Of a stretch of DNA of 64,000 nucleotides, positions 52,651-64,000 are shown piece by piece. The notes under the pieces were generated by a model that did no database searches, had not been told where the DNA came from, and saw nothing but the letters and a program-made list of their open reading frames with translations. The position numbers and the translations under genes are program-made. Positions within the stretch are counted from its first letter, which is position 1. Every line of letters begins with the position of its first letter. The DNA comes from the human T2T-CHM13v2.0 reference genome, Homo sapiens: assembly GCF_009914755.1 (NCBI RefSeq), contig NC_060935.1; one strand, 5' to 3'.

Positions 52651-54478
52651 ATGTGCTAACGATACAACATTGAACAATACAAAGGTCCCTGACACGGAGC
52701 TTACGTTGCGTCCACCAGGTAGACAGGACACATACAAGATATGAAGCATAGTACATGTTTAATCTGGATGAGAAGAGGAGAAAAATAAAACAAGGAGGGA
52801 GAGGCGACCTGTCAGGGGCCAGGGTGGGGTGAGTGGAAGAAACGGTGTCCCTGACAAGGTGCCTGGTGGCCTCACCCGGAGGAAAGCACGGTGCAGAGGA
52901 AACGGTTCAGTCTGGTGCTTGAAGCCCCAGGACCCCCGAGAGAGCCGGACCTGGACGAGCATGAAGTCCCGCAGGAGGAAGGCGGCCCAGAGCCTTGGAA
53001 AATCCATCTGTGCTGAGCCTGGGCTGGGCTGCTTCACTGGGGCCTCCGGGGGCAGGATCAGCCCTGGAAAGGGCACTTTTAAACCACGTGTGCAGATGCC
53101 CACCAAGGGAACAAGGTCAGAAGGAGCCATGGCTCCAGAAGGGGTGCCGATGACGTGGCCCCCGGGGTTGGAGATGCACACCCCGCCACTGCCTGTGCTC
53201 CAGGGCAGAGGCACCTGCCCCCTAGCCAGACTTGCTTCGGAGATGGGTCGTCTCCAAGGCGCTGCCTGGAGACAAATGTGCCCCAGAGCCCAGCAAGGGC
53301 TGTAAACAAGCCGTCGTTACACGATATTGCCCGTGTGTAGGAAGGGCATCGCTTCTTTCCCTCAGTACAGTGGACACACCTGGCTCTAGCGGGCACACGC
53401 GGCCAACTTCAAGGCAGTGCTCTCTGGTTTGCCACAGTCTCACATTTGTCTGCCCAGACACGTAACTGGGACCTCAAGGGCCTTCTGTCAGCCTTGCCCT
53501 GGGATATCTCCTCCGTGTGGACAGGGTGCTTCACTTGGACTCACTGGATGGGACTTGAACACCTGCAGAGTTAAAGCTGAAACACTACCTGGGTCATTTT
53601 GGCCAGAGTGTGCACAGACCCGCAAGCACCCGAGGCTCCTGCTGCTGCGCACGCTTCCTGCCAACGTTCCCTTGCCCGAAGCTCCCTCCTCTCCCGGCTC
53701 CACCCATCACACTACTGAATCCCGATACAACACGTGCTGCTCCATCCTGCCTGTCCACACCTCTTTCCTGTGACTCTCCTCCCTCCCGGGAGTGCGCACG
53801 TCTTCATTCGTCCATCCCCTCCTGACATGAGAAATGCCATCCTCTGTGGGCCTGAGAACCTTGGTGCCCGCAACATCTGATCTCCTTAGAGTGCTAGAAC
53901 AGAGCCGCCTGCCCAGGACCCTCAGGCCAGCAGCACCCTGCCCGCCTCTGCCTGCCAAGGAGGGACCATGGCCTGGGTGGTTAAGGGAGTGGGACCCTGG
54001 CTTGCCTCATGTCCACTCCTGCCAATGGCCACTCCCCTTTCAGAGGAAACCAACTCTACAACCAGTTAACAGACTAGGAATTTAAACCACAGCCACTTCC
54101 CCAATTGCAGAAACATTACTTCACCTCTCAGAGTAATGGACCAGCAATGCTGAAGACGCCTTTAAAAAAATGCCAGTCTCACTGCGCCCTCTCCTCCAAC
54201 CTCCCCTTTCATAGAAGAGGTTGCCAAAGTCTAGGGAGAGTACTAGGACTTGAAGGAGGTTCCTTGTTAGTTCAAGGAACCAAACTCTGGTCCTGACTTG
54301 GGTCCTGCAATATTTTTATTATGCCAGGCGAAATCCAATTCCCAGTTCTGACTACGGTATCCAGCAACAACTAAGTCATTCTATGTCCTGGTGCAAGTCA
54401 TTGGAAGACCCTGAGGCTCAAATCATCTGTCATATGAGGCTGCCACCTCGTGTTCTGTCTCCCATGTCCCTGCGAAGT

Positions 54479-54800
54479 TGTTGTTTGTTGTTTGTTTTTG
54501 TTTTGTTTTGTTTTTTGAGATGGAGACTCACTCTGTTGCCCAGGCTGGAGTGCAGTGATGTGATCTCGGCTTACTGTGACATCCGCCTCCTGGGTTCAAA
54601 CCATTCTCCTGCCTCAGCCTCTCAAGTAACTGGGATTACAGGCATGCGCCACCATACCCAGCAGATTTTTTTGTATTTTTAGTGGAGATAGGGTTTCACA
54701 ATGTTGGCCATGCTGGTCTCGAACTCCTGACCTCAGATGATTCACCCGCCTCAGCCTCCCAAGGTGTTGGGATTACAGATGTGAGCCACCACACCAGGCC
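54479..54800 (-). mobile_element. Alu (AluS) inserted in a MIR
   Basis: (TTTG)-patterned tail and full antisense dimer; TSD-like gaagttgt on both sides; MIR sequence flanks at about 54330-54450 and 54805-54850. Confidence 0.95.
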
Positions 54801-54959
54801 GGTGAAGTTGTGTTGAGATAATACCTGTGAAAGTTATCTAGAGGTAAAACCACTATAAAAATAAAATAGAAAAGTAACAATAAGCCATGAAAACTGGTGC
54901 GAAGGAATCCCTGAGTTCTGACTCTTTCCCTGTTGCTCCCTTATGGCATAACGTGCTTA

Positions 54960-55160
54960 AGTTTGCAGAGCACTTCCATACTCAGCCACACATTCTCACA
55001 ACAATCTTTTGAAGATGTGTGATTAGTGCCATTTTCCAGATGAAGAAACTGAGGCTCTAGGAGATGAAGTCACTGTCATTTGCTCGGAGATCTGCAGTGA
55101 GTAAAGGGTGTGGCTTGGATTTGAATAGGGTCTTCCAAATCCAGACTCCAGGCTCCTCCC
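54960..55160 (-). mobile_element. MIR
   Basis: ccattttccagatgaagaaactgaggctctaggagatgaagtcact. Confidence 0.8.
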
Positions 55161-56909
55161 ACTGCCAATCACTCTTCAATATGAAAGCAGCCACTGGCAC
55201 TACTCAGCGTGCTAGAACAGAGAATATTCGCTCTGTGGGACTCCTCTGGGGGTTGAAATGAGGAACTTCTGAATCAGGGAGCTCATGCTCAACCCTGGCT
55301 GAATCCTTGAGAGGACTCAGGGCAAGCAGAACATCAACTCCTCCTTCAAGGGGAACAAACCATAGGCTGAAGGGAACTTTAGAGCTGCACTAGCCTGGCT
55401 TTCTTATTTTACCAAGGCATAAGCACATCCAATGGGAGAAGATGTCTTCACTCAGTGGCATAAAACACTTCCTGATGCCCAAAGTCCACCTGGGCAAAGT
55501 GGCCAGGTGGATGAAGTTAGTGTCTTGAAGCTTCTTGTTGGCTCTTTCACTGGCCCTTCCTATGCCATCGCCTCTCCCCCCAGGATCAGGGATGTCATCC
55601 CTCAACCCTGACATGGCTCATGCCCAGGTCTGCCTACTCCCACAGTAAAATGCTGTCCAACCTCCCTTTCAAAATTACCTCCGCTGGGGAAAATGCTTAT
55701 CATATATTTGTGCAAAGTTTTAGCAAGGCAGCCCCATGGTATCTAGGGAGGTCTGAAGGATGGTTATCTTTGGGGGCGCAGTTATGGATCATTGCTATTT
55801 TCTTCTCTATACTTGAAGTATTTTCATGTTTTATTTTAAATTTTAACAATAATAATGCATTTATTTATATGCTTCTTTTTAGGCCTCTTCTCAGCACACT
55901 GTTCCAACCAAAATTGATCTAATAAACGTATTTATTTTAAAGCAGCAAAGATTGATACTGACAGATGGTATTTTTATTCCAGGCTCAGTATCACAGCCTA
56001 GCTTATTTCCTTAAGCCAAAACTCTGCCCTTCTGAAGTAGAATCCCAGGCATTCTGGTTTATTGGGAATAGAGCTTAGAATTGGGGCACAGTGGGTGTGG
56101 CCATGGGGAGATGAAGAAGCCCTTAAACTCTGCTTTTTTTCCTTAATAAATCAGAAGAACATCCTCATTCACTAGAATTTCATTTACATATGGGAGATTT
56201 CTGCCAGCAGAGGTCTATGCCCAAATGGTAAAGGGGAAGGCCTGCTCTCAGCCTGTCTTGTGAGCAGTGCGGACGCTGCCCTTCTTCCAGTACATTCTTC
56301 ATCAAAATTCATGTGCTCTGTTCTCTCATCGCTCCCCTGTTTAGGTTCTGGTATGCACAAAACACATGCTCGAGAATTAGCTGGCACAAACAGTTGATAT
56401 GTTGCTTCATGTAATGTGAATTTACATGTTCACAGGAGGGCCTGTCAGGGTAACTGGGTTCAAAGGAGTTATACTAATGAGGAAAACTCTAGGTCCTTGA
56501 TACATAAATGCTGGAGATATTTTTCAGCAGACGGATATTTTGGCATTCCCTGAATATGTGTATGCATAAGTTAGCACATCTGCTTGACATCTTATTTGGT
56601 TGGGTTAGCCCCAGTTCTTCACAGATTCATTTTTTCCATACTAGTGTCAGACAAAATGGTTAAGGGTCAAGGTGCCCTAGGAGAAACCTACACATACCAA
56701 AGAGGTAGGTGGCGTCGGTCGAAAATCCTAAAGCAAGTGACTAGCTTAAACTTAGTTCACAGTGAGAGATGCAAAGAGGCAAACAGAATCAGGAGAGAGT
56801 TACTTACATTATCAGAGAACATCATAATTTGGAGCTAGATGGATCAGATCTAACATCTTAAATTGTAGAAGAAACTCAACCTCAGATTTACTGAGACATT
56901 AGTGAAGAA

Positions 56910-57130
56910 GCAACGGTGTAGTAAAAAGAACGCTTGAATTTTACTTGCTATGTGGAATAAGTGGATTAACCTTGAGTAAGTTATTTAAACTTGCAGAGCC
57001 TCAGTCTTCCCATCTCCAAAATGGGGATAATAATATAGACCTAAACTGAACTATTTATAAGTGAAAATGAAACCATGAAACCATGCAAGAAAATTCTTAA
57101 CATTATGCCTGATACATGGTAGGCACTTAT
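56910..57130 (+). mobile_element. MIR
   Basis: accttgagtaagttatttaaacttgcagagcctcagtcttcccatctccaaaatggggataataat...tgcctgatacatggtaggcact. Confidence 0.85.
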
Positions 57131-59932
57131 TTATATTTATTTATTTAAGTGACAGAATGCAAACTAGAAACAAAATTACTCATGTTTTAGTGCTGTTTTC
57201 GAAGGTTCATCTCAGAATTGCTTGGAAGAACTTTTCCAATCCAAGTGCCAAGCTCTCCTATTCACAGAAGAGTTGCAGTTACACACAAGACCATAGCTGG
57301 GGTGCAGGGGCGAGTGGCAATTTGTGTGTGTTCGAACCTGAATGAAGACACCCCTGAATGATGTGTAAGACACTATCAAACGTGTGTGTGCGACTACACA
57401 AATGTGAATGCAAATGGGGCTTGAAGCTACATGTGTGCCCTAAAACATGTATAGGAGTGTGTGAGAGCATGTGTGTGTGCACAAGTTTCCAAAGTGGACA
57501 AATGGCATTGTCTCAACAGCACTCCCGTTTCCTGGGCGTGTTTCTGCAAGCCTGGGTGGTATCACAAACACAAAGGCAGAGGTGACAAAGACCATTAACT
57601 CTTAGAAACGCCATATAATAATTATCATGATAGAATTGCTTTTTCATTGCCGAGCCTAATTTGAGGCCAGCTCAGAGGAGGAGGGGGACACATGAACGAT
57701 TCTGGCACCATCCAAGCTGATGCTGTGGCTCTAGGTGGGAGAAGAAAAAACTCTAGGATCTCCTGATGAGCAAAAGCCAATCCCCAGCTCCCTGCTAAAT
57801 TCCACTTCTAACAAGTAGTGGGGGCTGTCTAGTTGGTGTCCTTAGTACATATTAACAATAAATAAAGCTTCAATAAATATGCAAAGCAAAAACTAATTTA
57901 AATTGGCATTTGTGTCGGGTGGGGCAAGAGAGTCCGTTCCACCGTAAAGTGATTTAGGATATATTACCTCGGGCATCTGCATTACAAATTTACCTCTCAT
58001 TACAGCTATGTTAACGGGAAAAGGCAGCTTCTCAACAACATGCAAGGCAGAGTTTATTAGCATAAATTTGCATAATAATTAGCTCTGCAGCAAGCAAAGG
58101 CTGTCGTGTCTTTCAAACAGGCAACTTCCAATGTCAATTTTCTGTGCTTCACTGCTTGTCCCTGTTCTGTCTAAAGCTCCCGGAACCCCCTTGGCCCTTC
58201 TGCTAGTTGGTAAATTCTCCCACCCTGGTCCATTTAGGCTCAAGATTTCATAATCTCTACCCAGCATCGCCTGGGAGAAAGTGAATGCTGACTTCCACCC
58301 AGGGATGTGATGGCCAGAGGCGGGCCCACAATTCTATTGCCTATGGACGAAGGGGACTGGCTACAAGCCCTCACTCCCTACTTTCAGAGCCTATGAAGAG
58401 AGGTAATGCAACGGTGTGGCTAATTCCAAAGAAGGTGCAACTGAAACTATTTAGATGATTTTTGGAATGCATAAATCCAAGTTGTTTATTAGCAGTTTTC
58501 TTCATAATTATGTTGTGTCTAAGCTAATATTATAATTAGTTCCCATTGCCTGGGTTCATACTGGCTGGGTGGTCTGGGCAGGCAGCTGAAATGAATGAAA
58601 ATTGTACCAGGGATAAAGACAAAGGAGCAGGGGCTGGGGGTCAAGCGATGTTGGTTCCTCGGACTCTGTCAGGACCACACCTGGGCAGGAGAGTTCATAC
58701 CCTGAGCTCAAATATGTTTCTGCAAACTTAGTGGCAGCCTTCAGTCTTCTGAGACACAGGACACATCCTTCTCCAGCAAGCCAGGCAAGGCCTTTCCCAG
58801 CCACTGAGATGACTCTGGATGTTCACCTACAGAGGGAGCTTGGGAGAGAGAATGTGATCTCCCTGCAGGGTACGTTCTTAGAGGCTCCAATGAGAGGATG
58901 TTCTTAAATATAACCAGATATGTCTCATCTATTAAAATAAAATATACTAGGTTGGGGTGAGGCAGGTATTGGCTAAGACAGGCAGCTCATCAAAGATGAT
59001 GGCTTTGCCCTATCCAAGCTCAGTGAGATAGATGTGGACAGGCGAAGCCTCTGCTGTGCTTCAAGGAAACCAGCATAGAAATGACATCCGTGTCTGTGTG
59101 TGTATGTATGTGTGTGTTTCTTACTAGCTCAGCAAAAGGGTTTTGCAACATTTGGGTGTGTGGTGGGGGTGATTGTGTAAAACATATAGATGAGACCCTT
59201 TCTCACAAGTGGAATGATGTAAAAAGTACAATATATTGAGTGGTTTTTTATGTTTGAGACATAGTTGTATATTTAGATGTATAAATGAGTCTTGAAGATT
59301 TTTCTGATTCCAAAGTGCAAATTTTGTCAAAGGAATAGCAGGGGCTTAAGGAAAAATCACTGGCCCAGGAGTCAGACACATGGCTCTGTGCTAGCACTGC
59401 CTGTCGAATGATGTGGGCAAGTCACTCCCAGAAACCCAATTTTCCCAAATGTAAATGTAGATCATACTGAGAGGTTAGAAGTGGAACAAGTACTTTCTTG
59501 TCTGGCCTATTGTTCATTTTTAAAAGTGATGGAGAGAGTTTTAGGCCCTTTTATAGTTTAGCCAAATATTTGGTGTCTTCTCCAAAAACAAACAAACAAA
59601 CAAAACTGCAGCTACAAACATTCATTCCAAATTTTGAGTACTGAGCACTCATGGGCCTCCTGTGTTTTATTCCTAAAATCCTGCAAATCCAAGAGCAAAT
59701 CTTCCTGATATCGCCCAATCCTCCTATTGTATAAATGTGAACTGGGCTCAGAAAGGATAAAATGCTTGCCCAGAGTCACGGAGTTAGCGGTAGTGAAGTC
59801 AGGACTGCGTGTGCAGGACGGCCCCGTACCACCAATTGCTCCTAAGTGATTCCCAAAGGATCATCGTGCACTTGTTTACCGTACTCAGACTCGGGCCACA
59901 TGAAGTTATGCGATGGGAAGTTAAAAACCACC

Positions 59933-60120
59933 TGCTGGAGGGTGGGATGGGGAGAGACCGCTAATGAGTACTGGTTTCTTTAATGGCCATGAAAATATTC
60001 TAGAATTAAAAATAGGGGCGATGGGTGCATAACCTTGGGAATATACTAAAAACTACTAAATTGCATGTTTCGAAATGATGAATTTTATGGCATGTGAATT
60101 ATATCTCAATTTAAAAATAA
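59933..60120 (+). mobile_element. L1MB/MC-like 3' end
   Basis: gctaatgagtactggtttcttt...atgaaaatattctagaatt...gaatatactaaaaactactaaattg...gaattttatggcatgtgaattatatctcaat. Confidence 0.85.
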
Positions 60121-60689
60121 ACCTACTGTGACAATCACTCAAAATGCTATTAAAGAACTTTGCATTTGAGAAAATAAGTGAGACTAAACATTTAAAATAA
60201 CTCAAAAGGCAACGACAGCATAATTCCCCTGTAAGTTGTAGGAGGAGTAAAAGCAGTTAGAAAGAGAAAATAGAAAATCTAGATATGGTTAACTAAAACA
60301 AATGAATGAATCTCTGACTCATACATGTGGGATAACACCCAAAGGGAAATACATCTTCAGACCTGCCTTACTCGCCTCTAGGGACGGCTTGATGACCAGA
60401 TGTGGACTAAGTCTATCAAGTATGAAACGTCTTTTGGCACTTTTCCATAATCACCAGTTAGAGAAGGAGAGTGCGCTACGTATTGGAGAGGAGTTCGGTT
60501 GACTATGAGTGCAGTGCTGGTCTAGGGAGGGGACAGACAGTGAGTGCTGAGTAACCAGGGACAGGTGTCCTGGTGGGCTTGGATTTGTGCACCACTGCAC
60601 ATCTCTCCATCAAACACAAGGGGACTGTAAGTACTCAAGAGTGAGCGACAGAGATTTAGTAGAGGCATTGACTAAGTCTTGTGACACTG

Positions 60690-61110
60690 GTTTTACTGAG
60701 ACAGCACATCTCAGCCAGGAGAACATTGCCTGAGACAAGGGTTGGTGTGAAGACAGATTATTTTGGAAGCAACCCTGGGTGACTGGTGTGAGAGAAAGGG
60801 ACGGTGAAACCTGGAAGGAGGAAGCCAGCACAGAGAGAGCTCTTGAGTGAGTCACCATAGCGAAGCTGAGGTTCAAGTGAGGCTCAGTCCTGAGCAGCCT
60901 TCTGAGGAACCAGGTACGATACACCTCAGAATTACCTGCCTGAGGGACGGAGGGGGAAGAACACACCCTCCATTTCTGCTTCCCCCATTAGTCATGGGTT
61001 CTTAACGATCTCAGACTCTGGTTAACACCTGAGCGCTCCCAAGTTTCCTTCAGGCACCAGTCAAGCCCTGGGGCAGAAAAGCAAGGTGCAGCCCAGGTGA
61101 GGGGCTCTCG
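60690..61110 (-). mobile_element. LTR16-like (ERVL) solo LTR
   Basis: gcctgagacaagggttggtgtgaagacagattattttggaag...cacctcagaattacctgcctgaggg...ccattagtcatgggtt, antisense LTR16. Confidence 0.6.
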
Positions 61111-61599
61111 GTTTGCACCTGCGAGGAGCTCACCATGGCAGCATTGGCTGGAATGAAAGGAGGACAGAACTGGTGTGAGTAAGGGCACAGCAGGTGCTGG
61201 GAATGGTGGATTTCCATGGACCAGCGGGACTGAAGAGGAGCAGTGCCAAAGGGCTCTCCTAGCAGGACTCCAACCACGGAAACCCAGGACAGGGAGCTGA
61301 GGGCAGTTCTCAGCACCATTCTAATGAGCTGCCCCAAAGCTGAAGTCAGAACTTGTCCTGCCATTGGCAATGCCAGCCATAGAAACTAGACTGCAGGCTC
61401 CTTGGGGGTAAGAGTTACATCAGCTCCATTTACCCCTGAGTTCTCCACGTGCAGACCTGTGCCTGCCACATGACAGGCTCTCAGTAAATAGGTAGCAAAT
61501 GCGAAGTCACCGTGTTGCCAGGAATATGAAATATCTGCTGGTCTTGACATCCTAACCTTCAACAATGCTTTTGCCAAGTGATTATGAACAAATGCAATG

Positions 61600-61830
61600 A
61601 ATAGTTACTATTTATTGACCCAGATACACGGCTATGTACTTTATATATGTTAGCTCACTGAAAACTCACAAGACCCCTTAAAAGAAGAGCAATAAATTAT
61701 CATACTTGTTTGTGAATAAAGAAAAAGGCTTAGAATACTGGCCCAAGGTCACAGAAGTGGTAAATAGCACACCCTGGGATGGAAACCAGTTTGACTTATT
61801 CCAGAACGTATATTCTTCAATATTAATCCA
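61600..61830 (-). mobile_element. MIR
   Basis: tactatttattga...ggcccaaggtcacagaagtggtaaatagca. Confidence 0.7.
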
Positions 61831-64000
61831 TCTTCCATTCCACGCCATCCATTCTCTACATGAATGCCTCCAGTAATGGGAATCTCATTCATTATTTGCC
61901 GAGATAGCTCGTTCAATCTTTACAGAGCCCTTGGGGCCATACAGAATAAGTCAATCCACATTTCTTTCTTTCAATATGTAAATCTACTTGAAACATCTAT
62001 ATCTTTCTAGAGCTCATTTCAAATGATAATCTTTTATTTTTCTAAAACCACCATGTAAAAGAGCTACTTTTCTTCCCTGACATCTGGATTCAGATATTAT
62101 ATCTGAGGTTTGTGTATCATATATGAGCTGGACCAGAAGACTTCTAAAGTCCTTCCCAAGTAAGAAATTTTGTTCCTCTTGCTCTAGTAAAGCAGTGGTC
62201 CCTCTCCTTACTTTGGCTGCCAGGAGCCTAAGAGTTTTAGTACCTCTATGTAAGCATACTCTGGTATTAGTTGATTACAATTTGTTGCTGTGTGTTCCAG
62301 CTCCCTTTAGAGGGAGAAGAAAGTATAAACTCTTAGCCCATGGTGGGAGCCTATGCAGACTTTCCAGGCCAGACTTCAGAGGTCCTTGAGGTTGGCTTCC
62401 AGGAGGATGGTAGCCATGGCCTGGGGAGAGTAAAGGATGCCCACCAGCTAGTCGGGGCTCTTGCCCCCAGGATCCTATGTGAAGCTTTGGTTCACAGGTC
62501 GTGAGCAGCAGGATATTCTGCTTGTTAATATAATTTTTTATCTACTCTTGCAAAAATATGATGAGAACATTAAATCCAGCCCTCTCCATAATCATGCGTC
62601 ATTATCTAATCCCTTTGTTACACAGACGGCTAAGCTTTAAAATGCTGCTATAGGTGGAAACAGAGCTATCAGAAGCCACATCTCTCAGCCCCATTTCAAA
62701 AGTTGCCCGTAATGAGAAGCAAAGTTAAATAACCATGCACAGAATGACGCCCACCCCTGTCTGTCCACCATCATACTTTCTCGCAGGCATCCTCAGCTCA
62801 CCAGGAAGTGGCACCTAGGGCAAGTACTGGGGGACAGGAGGGCAGAGAGCAGAAAGAAGGAAAGTGTGCGTGCAGTGGACGTCAGCCTCTCACGCGTCCC
62901 CACCCTGCCCTGTCAGCGCAGCTGCATTTTGTCACAGACTGAGTAGTAGACAAGGCTCACCTCCTCCCCATACCCCCTTTCTTAAAGTAGCTGCAAGAGT
63001 GCAAAATATTGACACTGACAGATATCAGAGGTGGCTGTAGGATCAATATTTCTATGGCATTGTCAGGAATGGTTTGGCAACCTGCTATGTGCTCACCAGC
63101 CTTTCATTCATTATGAGGCCAAACGGGAGCCATGTTTCTCCAAAGACAAAACCAGGACAGAGCGTGCTGGGTCTCAGAGGCTTCTCCTCAATGAGGCCTT
63201 TCCCTGGGACAAGGTGCTGCAGCAGGAGAATCTCTGCATTCTTCTGACAGCTTTCTAGAGAAAGGAGGCCACTTCCCAAGGGCTCTGGGGGATGAGCGGT
63301 GGGGACGCTGCCGGGAAGCAGTTCGACACTGACTGATGCTTTGCTGCAGGGGCTCTGCTCTGAAGCCGGACACTGCCAGGTGCACACAGGGACAGTTATA
63401 CTGGCAGTGATGCCTCTCACGCCTGGCCCCCCAAGAAAAGTCTTGGCCAGGAAAAAGCACGATCCATCTACTCTAGGGAGAGATCTGACAATTTAATCAG
63501 GAGGAAGAAATTCTTCCGAGCCAGCCCAGGACACCTGATTCTCCCACTTCCCCCATCTCTGAGGCACTCTTTAACTTGGGGAGCTGCACACAGAGAGCAG
63601 GAGACCCAGGCCTAGGGGACCTTGGTCCTGCCAAAGCCTGGGCTCTTGGATTCCTAAGTCGGTGTGGAAACAAGAAGGAATCTACAGCAATCAAACCTCC
63701 ACCCAAATTCCAGTCAGCCTGTATTTTTTTCCTTTTTATTCAGTTATTTGAATGATAAACCTAATATCTGTTATTTGGGATGACTTAAAGGATATAAAAT
63801 ATCTAATGTAAAATCCATAGTCTCTCCCTCTCCCATGTACATTGGTATTACTAATTTTTAGAATTTTAGAAAGACGCTGTATGTTCTTCCATAATTTACT
63901 CTTGGTTTGTTATTTTTTATATAAACATATATAAAAATCTGTACACTTTTTTGTTTTTTTCATACAATAGGGTGGTGGGATATGTATTATTTTGTACTTT

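Noticed and set aside
51913-53773. Cluster of overlapping 100-158 aa ORFs near the CpG-rich element
   Set aside because: High GC lowers stop frequency, the ORFs overlap on both strands, and none has a recognisable domain.

Overview
This is primate (human-like) non-coding genomic DNA, either intronic or intergenic. I cannot support any protein-coding gene, RNA gene or CRISPR array, and I cannot name the locus. The ORF track is explained by simple repeats, Alu/L1/L3 fossils and chance. The window is dense in interspersed repeats: six Alu elements, two FLAM monomers, a 5'-truncated L1 with a TSD, many MIR and L2 fragments, an L3/CR1 reverse-transcriptase fossil, MLT1/MLT2/MER34/LTR16/LTR33 solo LTRs, and MER5/MER81/Charlie1 DNA transposon fossils. 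Tandem repeats include a 62-bp x 22 minisatellite (42513-43875), a 1.7-kb TG-rich compound repeat, and GGAA and TGGA microsatellites. There is a borderline CpG island at about 51.95-52.65 kb and several unique, homeobox/POU-motif-rich stretches that look like developmental enhancers. The best leads are the structured VNTR, a probable AmnSINE1-like ancient SINE, a 41-nt candidate exon with near-consensus splice sites, the orphan CpG-rich element with its tandem STAT-site palindrome, and a short templated duplication inside an MLT1 LTR. I see no evidence for a new multi-gene biological system. Repeat subfamily names come from remembered consensus sequences and boundaries are approximate.
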